A DNA stretch of 61,403 nt, the filler included, from Diploschistes diacapsis (Eukaryota), in assembly GCA_023645945.1 (NCBI GenBank). It is 10 parts of 10 records of this genome, joined end to end, with 100 filler letters (N's around TTAATTAATTAA, not from the genome) between each part and the next. Parts side by side here need not be neighbours in the genome. Positions count along the whole stretch, not along the records: positions 26,383 to 30,194 come from JALAIB010001843.1; positions 30,295 to 34,105 come from JALAIB010001844.1; positions 34,206 to 38,012 come from JALAIB010001845.1; positions 38,113 to 41,918 come from JALAIB010001846.1; 6 more parts are not named here. One strand, written 5' to 3'. Positions 26,822-39,096 of the stretch are shown piece by piece (within the stretch, counting starts at the first letter, position 1; each line of letters starts with the position of its first letter). The notes beneath the pieces are model-generated. The model was not told where the DNA came from. It saw nothing but the letters and a program-made list of their open reading frames with translations, and made no database searches. Both the position numbers and the translations under genes were made by a program.

Positions 26822-28634
26822 TCATCCGATCATACCTTCGTCTGGCCTTCCAACCTCAGCAGGCTTGCCCTGAATTTCGTCTCTGAGAGCTTCTGGCATC
26901 GGTTCCCACATGACACTATTACCATCCGGATGGACCATACCAGAGTAGACGGTCGGGGATCCTGTTGTTGACACGGTGATAGTCGACGGTTCGGGATCGC
27001 TCATTGTCTGCTTCTGCCGCTTGAAGGCCACTCTCCCACGCTTGAGCGCGGCATGGTGCATAGCCCTGCCGCCGGTGGTGCAACTGCTTGTAGAATCTGG
27101 CTTAGTCCTTGACATGACGGAGGACGGCTCCATGTCGTCTGAACTCATCGAAGCAAGAGCAAATGAATCAGTATTATGAGCAAAATGGAGCCAAATACCA
27201 TTGACGGTCTTCTTCACCGCCATAACGCCGATTGCACCGATAGAGTGGCTTGCCTCAACCGAGGGATGCCCTGGACATGTCAGCACAAGGAAAACAGAAG
27301 GAAATCCACCGCTTACTCATGAAGTCATACTTGATGAAATTCTGGATGGCCTCCTCTTCGAAGCTGGCTTCTAGCACGCCTGCCTTGGACATTTTTTGGT
27401 TGGAATACAAGCGGCTTGCGCAGGTGCTTGCTGCCATTGTAGTCGCCATGTGCTCGCCCGTTCCGCTTGTAACAGCTGCCACACAGGTCTGATCCTTGTC
27501 CTGGGGATTGATAGGAATCAGTGCTGAGCCAACACCAACAAGTGCGGCAGGCCCGATGCGTCCTTTGTACTTCATTCCAATACCACCTGAAGAAGATCCA
27601 GCCGCCATCCTCCCTAGAGAGTCAATCGCGATCGCTCCCACAGTATCATTGATGAGGTCCATGTTTCCCCGCTCGGCTTGTAGCAATGGAGCTACATTTT
27701 TACCGTCCTGGTTGTACAATGAGGAGCTCCTGTTATTGTGTTGCAACATCGGAAACTCAGGTAGAAAAATATCCTCGTTGGAGTCCCCAACGATGACCGG
27801 ATTGTAAGATGAACCCATAGGTTCATCGTTGGCATTGCTTGATGCCGAAGACTGGTTGAGCATAGAAGGTTTGCCACTGTGATGTCTATCAAAGTTCCGT
27901 GAAGAGCCACGGGATTGAACTGGCCGGTCCAGAGCGGGAGTTGGGGAGTGTGGCTGCCCCTCATTTCTTAATGCTGCTATATCCTTGATATCGGGCGTCG
28001 GCGCTGCCGGCTCGATATGGTCGTGGGCCATACGCAGGTCTTTTGACCATTTGCACCAACGCTCTCTAGCAGCGGGAGAGACTATAGCATCATTTGGGAG
28101 TATTGGCACTTTGTGCGCATAAGCGTAATCGACAGCGCCCTGGCCGACAAGTAGATTTGGTGGAACCCGTCTCAGGGAGAGCGGCTGGCAAGTTTCGTCC
28201 AGAACCAATCGAGCAACGTGGATTGGGTTCAAAACATCTTCACGAAGGTGTCAGTATTCGGTACCATTGCTGTGATAATAACACGTACTACCAATAGCCC
28301 CAACAGCTCCAGCTCTACCCAAGTGATCTACAACCGTGGCGTCACCTTCGACTGTACCATCCATTGAAAGATTGCTTCCATAGCCTGCGTTGGTAATCTC
28401 GTTGTCCTCAAGGACCCTAATAGCTGCCTCAATAGCGTCTACAGCTGTGCATCCACCCCTCAAGAATGTCATGGCGGACCTTGCAGCATCCTCGCAAGCG
28501 CTCAAATGGACACTCTCGTTCTGAATACTGTGATAGCCAGCACCTGCATGAACAAAAATTGCACAGAGATCACTGCCATTTCGCTTGCGAGTATAGGGTG
28601 TTTTCGTTGGCCGTGGGTCTGGTGAACCGTCCAT
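26822..28634 (-). CDS. Threonine aspartase (taspase-1-like) / asparaginase-2 family Ntn hydrolase (3 exons)
   Basis: IFVHAGAGYHS, LEDNEITNAGYGSNL, NPI..AR, RVPPNLLVG, autoproteolytic D-TVGAIAID, SSGG..KYKGRIGPAA, SGTGE, FAHNTDSF. Introns 28238-28288 and 27271-27316. Start codon uncertain. Confidence 0.85.
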
Positions 28635-29479
28635 GATCTCAAGGGAGGGATGTTCGCCGTATTCAAAGTCACTTGCAGCTTCGGCAGATGAGTTCCACGA
28701 CAATGTTTGTAGACCAAGATTTCGAGCTCTGCATGTTAACCGATTCACAAGATTCATTAGTTGGAGTCCGTGCAATGAGTGAGCGAAATCAGGCGAAGCC
28801 AGAACCGCCGAAAACTATCTGCTCCCAGAGTCAGACGATCTTTAAGACGCTGAAGTAGAGCAAGCTTCGACTGATCAGAGAGAGTTGCCCCTGGAATGAG
28901 TCTAGAGAGATGATCACACTGAATCCCAAGGTAAGAGAATCCAGAGGTGAGGAAAGAAACCTAGGAAGGGCGGTAGGAGAAGCTTTTACAGCCTCACTTC
29001 AAAAGAAAGAATCGATACCGAAAGATCAAGTATGCTCAAAGAATGGATAGGCCGCTATCTGCGTGCCTAATAAGAAGACTTCAATAGGAAGACACAGAGA
29101 GAACCGGAATGTTCATGGCATGAGTTTTATATGAGCGATCACCATCGTGCCTTCCATACGATACCCACGATACCCACCGTAGAACCTCAGACTTTTAGGT
29201 CTGCAAAGGCTTCCGCTATGTCCGGCATCCATTTTGAAGTCCAAGAGCTGTGAGCACAGCAGTTAATTGTGATCTGTCTGATGCAGTCATTGAATTGAGT
29301 GCCAAAGTTGAGTTGTCGTTTGTGTTAAGTTTTTGTTCAACCCCGGACCCATCGTCACCCCCACAATCCCAGCCCACTCTTTTGGGCAAGTCTTATTCTG
29401 CCTACTGTACACATAAATTACATGATAAGTACCATGATTCTCAAGATACTTTCTCAGTCATACTAATTTATATGCAGCC

Positions 29480-30194
29480 ATAAGTATCTATAAAACTAAC
29501 GTTCTTTTTAATCATATTTATTTACTTAACGATCGCTTATATACTTTTTTTCTTATTTTTTAATTTTAATATTCTAATTTTTTTTAAACGCGATAGAACT
29601 TTCGTTATTTATTCGTTTTATTCGTTCTACGCGTTTTACCGTCCTTTCTACCGTCGCCGCGGTTACGTTCGATATAATCGCCGATAACGATAAATTAGAT
29701 TTTAAAAACTTTATATTTTACGACGTCTTTTCCGCCGTTTATTATCTTATCGCCTTTTATCTCGTTTATTCTTACCGTTCTTATCGAGCTTACGCGGGTT
29801 CGAACACTTTTACCGCCGTTATTTATTACGGGGAAGCTTTATAGTTTCTTTACGGATCTTCCGGCGTAAAAAACGCGTTTTTTTATCGTCGCGGATATTC
29901 TTTAAATAATCGTAACGGATTTTAACGCGTTTTAATTTTATATAAATAACTTTTAAACGTTTAATCGGACGTTTAAAAATATTACGTAATATCGTTATTA
30001 TTATTTTTAATTCGCCGAACACGTTTTTAAAGATATACTCGATTAAAACTATTAAAAAGACTCGCCGCCATATATAAGCATAACGGCTTCGATCTTTTTA
30101 TATAAACGGATACGAAAATCGTAATTCGATAAAAACGCCGGTTATAAATAAATCGTCATTTTATTTAAAAGCATTTATATATTAATTACTTTTA
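29480..30194. mobile_element. Heavily RIP-mutated repeat relic
   Basis: Abrupt switch to very AT-rich DNA with abundant TpA and CpG and very few CpA/TpG, running to the contig end. Confidence 0.6.
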
Positions 30195-30592
30195 NNNNNN
30201 NNNNNNNNNNNNNNNNNNNNNNNNNNNNNNNNNNNNNNTTAATTAATTAANNNNNNNNNNNNNNNNNNNNNNNNNNNNNNNNNNNNNNNNNNNNAATTAA
30301 TATTTAAAACTTTAATTGTTTATTATTATTTAGAACTTTATTGATTTAGAACATGAAATAATCAACCCCTATTATTAAAAGATATAAATAGAAACTTAAA
30401 ATATAAAAAATAAAAATAAAAAGATAAAAAGAAGAAAAGATAAAAAGATAAAAATAAATAATATTAATTATTAAACTATTAAAAATCTCTTATATCTTTT
30501 TCTTTATAATAGTAATTTATAAATATGTTCAAACACTTTAAAACCCGTTTTGATTAATAATATATATGTTTAAACCCTATTTTTCTTCAACC

Positions 30593-33500
30593 CTAAAAAT
30601 CTAAAAATTCGTTTCTCGGCCTAGAATTTTTTGTCAATTTATTATTGCTAAATTCGAAATTTCGCTTTTTTCTTTCGGGACTTAGTAATGCGTTAAATTC
30701 GTAATTTAAATCATCTTCTAGATCCTCTTTTGAATTTGTTTCGGTTACCTCGTCTTCCGATGCAATATTTATTATCTTTTCGTCTTTTAGTATCTGTTCC
30801 GGCTCGAGATCGTAATTTTCGTGAATAAATTCGTAATATTCCTGCTCGTCGAAATTATAAAATAAAGAAATAATTTCTAGATATTCCGTATTATATATTT
30901 CTGCTTTTTTACAGAAATATTCGGCTAACGAATCGAAATTAGGTAATCTTTTTATTTTAATTTTTCTTTTTTCGGATTCCGTCATGGGGTATTCATAATC
31001 TTTGATGATTCGACTGATGAAATAAAAAAACGGTAGGATTATATCTGGATTTTCGCATTCGTCGTCCGAGTTTTTAAAGCATAGTTTTGTCGGAAAATAG
31101 CATGAAAAACATGCGCTGCCAGATATTAAATAATTCGAAGATTTTATGCATTTTTCGATTTTATTTAAATCGCCGATAAATTCTTCGGAATTCGGTTTTG
31201 AACAATTTCGAAGATTGTGTCCAATATAATCATTAAAGTTGAATTGTAATAAACAATTAAAGTAATAATTATTATAATTTAATAAAAATTCTTTCAATTG
31301 TCTTAAATTCAGATTGGTCGATTCGGTAATTTCAATCTCTTTTTCGGCCAATAGATTTCGACTTATTTGATTTTTGTCGCATAGATCACAATAAATCTGA
31401 TTTTTATTGCATGCCAGATCTGGCATTAAATCGAATTTCGAATTTAAACAAATTCTTCGACAAACTTTTTGTTGTATATAATTAATTCGATCATTATAAT
31501 CAATTAATTTAAATTTTTCGAATTTCAAATCTTCCATGTCGTCGATTTCTTTGGAATAGAGATGCGTATTTTTGTAAAATAAAATGGATTCAGCGTAGTT
31601 TTCGTCGATATTTTTCGAATTAAAATTAATTCGTCCTGCTCGTCCAGATTCTTGAATAAAGTCGATTAACGAAAATCCTCTTGATAAATGTAAAACATAT
31701 TGAATATTTTCGAAATCGATTCCTACACTTAAAGCGCTAGTAGTGATTAATAACTTTTTATTTTCGTCTGCAAAAAAGTTATTTATGAAATTATCGTCGA
31801 GTTTTTTGGCATGGTAATAATCCGCGTTTAATTTTTTGGCTAGTTCTTCGACTTGTTTGATCGAGTTAATATATATCAAAATCTTTTGATTTCTTTTTAA
31901 TTTGTTGAATATATTGTTGTTAATATATTCTTCGATATAATCGTATTCATTAATATTGTTAGCGATATTAATGCATGAATATTTAATATTATCTCGACTG
32001 GTAGTCGATCTAATAACAAATTCGTTGGTGATTTTCATCTGATTAAATATTAAATATTTAATTTCTTCGGTAAATGTAGCGGTTAAATAAATTAATTGCG
32101 CTTTTAATTTATTGATAGTCGAAATCCGCTTGAAATCGAATCTAAAATCCGATTGAGTAACAATCAAGTGGGCCTCGTCGATAAATATTCGAATATTATT
32201 TTTTTCAGGTTCCAAAATAGTCGAAAAACGATCGAATTCATTACTGAATAATGTCTCCATGGAAATAAACATTAAATTCGATTTAATATTATTCAAGTCG
32301 GTTTGATTTTCGAAATAGACTGGATTCAAATTTAATTTTTTTGCGGAGTCGAATTGTTTTTCTTTTAAAGCGACGCTAGGTAAAATAACGATATTTATCT
32401 CGTCTTTTTTAATTGCCGAAATTAATTGAAATAGTAATGATTTTCCAGATCCAGTACCCGAGACGTAAAAAATAGGCGATTTATTTTTTAATATTAATTT
32501 TATAGCTTCCAGCTGATTATCGGTCTTGAAAGTAATATCGTTTTTCGAATATAAAGTCCTTAGCTCCCGTAGTAAATAATTATCCGAATATATATTGTTT
32601 TCGAGTCTGGATATTTTTGGATTAATGATATAATTATCATTAATACTGGAAATATTTCTTTTATGTTTTTTTGTTGGTTGATTTTTGATTAATGACTTTT
32701 GTTTTATTTCATTAATGTAATTAGGCGATATTAGCTCGAAAAACTGCCAAAATTTGATGCAAAAGTCGTAGGATCGTCTTTGAATATTCGATTGTTTATT
32801 AGATAATAAGTTCGAATCACGGCCGTATAATTTACGCGCTGTACGCGTGCTATGATTAGCTAGTATATCTTCGATTAATTCTTCATCTTCATCGCTAGTA
32901 TCTTCGATGAATAATTTATTCAATTCGGGAATTAATTCTTTGCAGATAAAAATCGAAAATTGTCGCCAGGTTGCTAGTTTAAAACTTTGAATCAAATACA
33001 GGCCAGTCTATAAATTAATCATGAAATAATTAGTAGGATTATTTTTATTTAGAACTTTTTACGTACCTGTTTAGCCAAGAATTCGCTAAAAATTGGACTT
33101 GATATTTTTTTATCCATTATTTCGAATAAAAATGCATGGTTATTCATCGAAATTTTTTTGATTTCGACTTTTATCCACGATTCGAAAGGTGAAATCAATA
33201 TTAAATAATATATCAATAATTTGCCTAATTCTGGAAATAGATATCGAGTATTTTTCGAATCCTGGTTAGTTACCGAAGAGCTTTTGTGGTACGTGGGATT
33301 TAAATTAATTAATTTAAATTGTTGATCGAAAAAAACCTCTCTTTTTTTGGTAACGGTATTTTTGAAATTAATTTCGATGATTTCAGTACCTCGGATCGGT
33401 GGGCCGGATGTCATATGAACTAATAATAATAAATGTTTTTTGAATAATTCGATATTATTCAAATAAGTCTGAATATTTTTATTATTTGGTATCAATTCAG

Positions 33501-34104
33501 GCGTAAATTTCCGGAATAACGTTTTTCCTAGATTAGAATTGTTCTGAAAAATAGAATCCAATAAAAACGTTTTAAATTTCGGAGCGTCGAATTTATCCGA
33601 ACTAAAATCGGCGAAATATTGATTTTTAATCGAATTGAATCCGATTTCTCGTAGATTATTTAAATCTTGTATATCTTCTGGTAGCGCCGTTTCGGTAAAG
33701 AATAGTAATTTATTGAATAATAAATCCTGTAGTATGTGTAATTCTGTTTTAAACAAAGCTTTTAGTTCGGAAATTCGAATTAAAATATTATTGCACCGAA
33801 ATTCGTTTTTATTTATTTGGGCGATTTTCGCGTCGCCTAATTTTTCGGAATCAATTTTTCGGGCCATAACGCGGTAGCCAGTAATTTCGGTAAAGGCATT
33901 ATTCGATTTATTAGTAAGATAATCTTTATGAAATGCCGTAAATGATTTATGAATATTAAAATCGCTATCTTTCGAAGATTTATAGGCAATGAATAAAATC
34001 GAAAAGTATCGTAAGCAGTAAATAATGGCTGAAGATTTCCGACCGATTTCGCCTTCCGAAATAAAAGATTTGTTTTTAAAGTCGAAAGATATAATTATAA
34101 AATA
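30593..34104 (-). CDS. Telomere-linked-helicase-like protein: tyrosine-recombinase-like domain fused to a RecQ-family helicase (5'-truncated, at least about 1150 aa)
   Basis: Frame is open from the contig edge (34104) to 33067. Intron 33008-33066 (GTACGT..CTAAT..TAG) joins LAKQ-TGLYLIQ. Helicase motifs GTGSGKS, DEAH, LTAT, SALSVGID, QESGRAGR, Zn site CRR..C..CDLC and a further C-terminal Cys cluster. Confidence 0.82.
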
Positions 34105-34205
34105 ANNNNNNNNNNNNNNNNNNNNNNNNNNNNNNNNNNNNNNNNNNNNTTAATTAATTAANNNNNNNNNNNNNNNNNNNNNNNNNNNNNNNNNNNNNNN
34201 NNNNN

Positions 34206-34980
34206 GTATAGTGTCCGTGTTAGTATCCATGTCGAAAAAATTTTTGTTGCGGTGTCCGTGTTAGTGTCCGTGGCACGAAACGGCCAGTCTAGGAAACACT
34301 GCGGTGAATCCACCGAAACACCGCGGTGTAATTTTTTTAAAAAAAATAAAAGCGTGAGAAATAGGCGTGATAATTCCAGAATTATTAAAATTAAAAAAAT
34401 ATTTAAAAGTGTTTCGGTGAATACACGGACACGGACACCGTAGTAAAAATTTTCTCGGCACGGACACTGACACGGACACTGTAATTAAAAATTTTAAAAT
34501 ATTGATACTGACACGGACACTGCACTTCCGTGAATCCACGGACACGGACACCGCAACTAAAAATCTAAAACACTGACACTGACACTGTCAGTGTCAGTGA
34601 CGGCCAGCCTAAGAGGTGTATTATCGACACATTTCACCTAATTAGCGCTTAGTGATTAATAATACATTAATCTCCGAATAATGTTGGATTTGTAATCCAA
34701 CATTATTCGACCCATAATCTAACATAATAGTGGATCTAATTATTTAATATTTTTGGATCCACGATCCAAATATTATTAGATTATTAATCTAATATTTGGA
34801 TTAATTTAATGATTTAGATCATCTGCAATCCTCCCTAGTAGTCTATAACTACTAGTAGGATGTATCATTATTGTTAATATTCAGCCAAAATGCATGAGCA
34901 GGGGTGTAGGGGATGCAATCCCCACAGATAAAAAAAAAGCAGAGGTTTGGGGGTGCAACCCCCAATAACCTACCCAGTTT
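34206..34980. mobile_element. Nest of non-autonomous DNA-transposon-like fragments rich in short inverted and tandem motifs
   Basis: GTGTCC/GGACAC arrays, about 50-bp inverted repeat (34211-34261 vs about 34429-34479), repeated end ACGGCCAGYCTA (34280, 34600), perfect 16-bp hairpin 34675-34709. Confidence 0.55.
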
Positions 34981-35704
34981 TTAAGCCTAGATTTTTTACA
35001 TAATACTTACTGCTTCGCTTAGGAACTTGGAGGCTACTTGCCGACACATGATATTAAATGGGAAGTGATGGATTTGATTGGTCAGATACGCTTTGAAACA
35101 AGGAGCGCGTTTGAAACGTCAAACTCTAGAAACTTCTTCCATCACTCATAACAACGCCTATGGTTATGATTATCTACGGTTATGGTTATCGCTATCGAAA
35201 CTGGCGTCCCATGTCGATCAATCCTGGCAACTGGAATGGCAATCTGAATAGAAATAACTCTTCATCTTTATGATTGGGCGTGGAGCAGCCAGCCATCATG
35301 GAAACACGTCTCACCAAGCGCCCACGTCAGGGATGTGATCATAAACATCAGATTGGACCCCAAGAATGCTTTCACGACTCATTCTGGACATCTTATCAAT
35401 AAAGTCTCACTCTCTTGCCTCTTCTTTTCTTCTTTTATTGTACATCTCGGCCTTCTTTCGTTCCTTCCTCTGTACGGTATACCCTACCTTCACTTCTCAC
35501 CACAAGGGCTGGTCTCTTTGTTTGCAGCATTGTTTGATTGTCTCCTTGTTCTATTGTCCCAGAGAGCATTCCTTACCTTGTCAGGCTGTATTTAAGCTAC
35601 TTTGCTTTGCGACTTCTCTCCCACTAGACTTTCACACCTATCCTCTAAGTATCAGCGCATATCACGTTTATTCATTACTGTACCCAGAACAACAAAAGGT
35701 CACC

Positions 35705-37086
35705 ATGTATCCAAAAGTGCTCGTCGCGCTGGCTGCGGCTTCTACATTCCTTACACTAGGTTCTGGTCACATGATCATGCTAACGCCAACGCCTTTCAAC
35801 AACGCCACCATCGACAACAGCCCTCTGGAGGCCACCGGCGCCAACTTCCCATGTAAAAGTACGGGGTCGTCTAGCTTCTACAACGCTGCCGGCATCAGCA
35901 ACACCATGGCCGTTGGCTCGACCAACACTCTGTCGTTCCGCGGCAGTGCTATTCACGGTGGTGGATCGTGCCAAGTTGCACTCACCAAGGACCAAGCTCC
36001 CACACCCAGCTCTTCCTGGGAAGTCATCCTCTCCATCGAGGGTGGCTGCCCGGGTATTACGTCTCCCAGCACCTTTCAGTATCAGATTCCCACCAGCGTC
36101 TCAGCAGGCAACTACGTCCTGGCCTGGACCTGGGTCTCCAAGGAAGCTGGGCAGCCAGAGGTAAGTGCTTTTGACCTCCCTTCCGATATCTAATTGCTCA
36201 GAATAAGTTGTACTGACTGGTTTACTAGTACTACATGAACTGCGCCCCCGTCACCATCACCAGCGGCTCCAAGAAGCGCGCCGCCGAAGCCGAGGACACC
36301 AACGCCCTCGATACGCGCCAGAGCAGCGCTCTGCCCCAGCTCTTCGTTGCCAACCTCGCCAGCATCAACAGCTGCAAGACCACGCCCGGCACCGACCCAC
36401 AGTACCCCGACCCGGGCTCCAACGTCCAGCAGCCCAACAAGGCCGCCAACTACGCCAAGATCACCCAGACCGGCTGCGTGCCCAAGGGCGCCAGCGATAC
36501 TACTACCACCGGTGGTGGTTCGACTTCTGGTAGCGGTAACAGTTCTGCCGCAGGCTCTGCCCCTAGCGCCGCTCCCTCTGGCTCTTCCGGCTCAGGTTCG
36601 GGATCTGGTAGCAGCTCTGCTGCCGGTGCTGCCCCCAGCTCTGCCCCCAGCTCTGCCGCAGGCTCCGGCTCCGGCAGCATGACCACCCTCGCCAGCTCCT
36701 CTTCCGTCGTCGCAACTCCCATGTCCATGCCCACCTCCACCGCCGATTCCGGCTCCGGCGCCAGCGCCTCAGTCGCCGCACCCTCCGCCGCAGCATCCAC
36801 GGCCGCCGGCGTCCCGCCACCCTCTTCTTCCGGCACCTCCACTGGCGGTTCTGGCAGCGGACTCACGGGCGCCTGCTCCGACGAGGGCGCATGGAACTGT
36901 GTCGGCGGCTCAGCCTTCCAACGGTGCGCAAGTGGGCAGTGGTCCGCCATGGTCCCCATGGCCAGCGGAACCACCTGCACGCCGGGGCAGTCGGATAGCT
37001 TGAGCATTGCACGCCGTGAATTTGTAGTGCCAAGGTTCCCTGGGTTGCGGAGGCACCGGGAGATTTTGAAGAACATCAACGTTTAG
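35705..37086 (+). CDS. AA11 lytic polysaccharide monooxygenase with Ser/Gly linker and C-terminal Cys-rich chitin-binding-type module (2 exons)
   Basis: Signal peptide ending GSG gives mature His1 (HMIM). NFPCK, HGGGSCQ, YVLAWTW, and E-YYMNCA across intron 36161-36228. C-terminal GACSDEGAWNC..FQRC..W..C. Confidence 0.85.
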
Positions 37087-39096
37087 GGATTGAAAGAGGG
37101 GTGAGAGGAGATGAAAATGAGGCGAGATCAGCTTTCGAGGGAAGACGGAAAGATGGGTGGAGTGCATGCCTACAGCATTTTCCGTTTAGCATTAAAGGAG
37201 AATGGTGTTTTTGGGTTAGATTGGATAGAATCAGGCAAAGTAGATTTAGTAAGTGTTTAGGATATGGAAATTCAAGCTTGCTTTGCGCTAGATATGTAGT
37301 TTTTGCTTTCGTTCACACCCAGCATTCCATGCCTGCCTGTGCCTGAGCTTTACGGTAGTCTAACCCATTTAGATAACCTTGAAGTCATGATCATACCCGT
37401 TAATAACTTGAAGATAAGAATGAAGCCCTTTCACGCCCTAATACTATAAGGATATACATACAGACTTACTAGACAGTCTCTCCGGATCTCTTCAGCTCGC
37501 TACGGACTCCACGAATTCCTTTGGAGCAACCACTGAAAGCTAGAAATGTGATGCATCTATTCTGTAAACGATATCAGGCAGGGCGATATCAAGAATACTT
37601 TGCACATCAAATACCGTGTCTTTCATCGCTATATGCCCCGCCAAGAACTTCAAAAGTGCTTCAGTTCAACTGCAGAATAAAATTCGAAACGTGCCGGGAG
37701 AGCCTCGACTATCTTTGGTTTTATTCTTAATCTGAGGTATTTCTCGAATTTTAGTGCTGGCCGGAAAGTGGTGGAGGAGGTGAGGGTATGTGGTGTGGGG
37801 ATTATTGTTGATATCTTCTTGATTATTGAATTTAGACATATAATCTATTCTGTAGGCTATAACCGGATAGAAGTCTTATCCGCTGCAGAGAAATGAGGAG
37901 GATAAAGCCAAATTGGGGGGGTATCACAGAGTTTTTCCGAGCAGATGGCCGCCCGTAGCCCAAAGGCCAATATCCCAAAAAAAAGCAAGACCACCACCCA
38001 TAATCCCCATCCNNNNNNNNNNNNNNNNNNNNNNNNNNNNNNNNNNNNNNNNNNNNTTAATTAATTAANNNNNNNNNNNNNNNNNNNNNNNNNNNNNNNN
38101 NNNNNNNNNNNNGGTCAAACTATTTCATCTCATTATAGTTCTACCAACGGTACCGCAGCCGGTGCACATACTGCTACTGCAGCCTTATTTGCGCATTGAG
38201 CTATACGTAGGAGTCCACATCAGAAATGCATTGTATGAAAACATGAAGTATCATAATCAACAGGTAGTGCGCAACAGAAACCAACCTGCTTGTATCAAGT
38301 AATACAATAAACTGTTGAGAAGGTATGCTGTTATACCAACCATATTGGGTGCTGCGCCTGGCAAACTTTCTGGAAAATACACGTGTTGTAGCTCAGTAAG
38401 TTTAGGGATGAATTCAAGTGTTCACTTCTAGGTATTCACTCGACACAGCTGCCGACACCAGTTTACTGTATTGGAGCAGGTGGGGCACTCCAGTCAGGCA
38501 ACAAGGGCGCAGTCACAGCTTTCGACGTTGAGCCTGACAAGTGCTATATGCAACACCATTCACGCTGACTGTGCAACAACAGTAGGTAAAACGATACCAC
38601 TCATAGCGTAGCTGCAGGAGGTACACTCGCAATGGTGCATATAGCCTCCGTTAGGTATCAACATGTAAGTCACTCAATAGCATGGTCCTTACCCATGTAC
38701 GCAACTGGTCTGGCTGTTGCATCTTGGTTTGAGGGCAAGCCTGCGGCCAACCACTTGCCAGTCGCTGAGTCAAATTGGACTAATAGCAATGTCAGCATGA
38801 GTGAAGTCGGTGGCTAGAACTGTTGACACATAAAGGATCATCTGAGTTGGCAACTTGCCTTCTGAGTTGCCAGTATGTCCCGGCAATATCAACAATTGTG
38901 TACATAAGGTACAGGTAAAGGTGTTTCAGATTCACAGAAAAGGTGGCTCTGAGTGGGTAGTTTCCTGCAGCTCTGAGTTACGTAGTTTTGTGCGGCACAT
39001 TTGTCAGTGTTGTCAGCTTTTGTCAGGTATTGTCGGTATAGCATGGCGTTGACCGTCAGCTCCGCAAGCCATTAACCCTGGCAAGCGACTGTAATC

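Noticed and set aside
30295..34105. Mitochondrial or bacterial origin of the AT-rich contig
   Set aside because: It has a spliceosomal GT-AG intron with a branch site and reads in the standard code.
36450..37079. Antisense ORFs over GC-rich genes (also within 12063-13667, 17560-18795 and 42995-44212)
   Set aside because: These are shadow frames caused by high-GC codon usage in the real genes.
30593..37086. Helicase element carrying the LPMO or taspase as cargo
   Set aside because: The genes lie on different contigs separated by artificial spacers.
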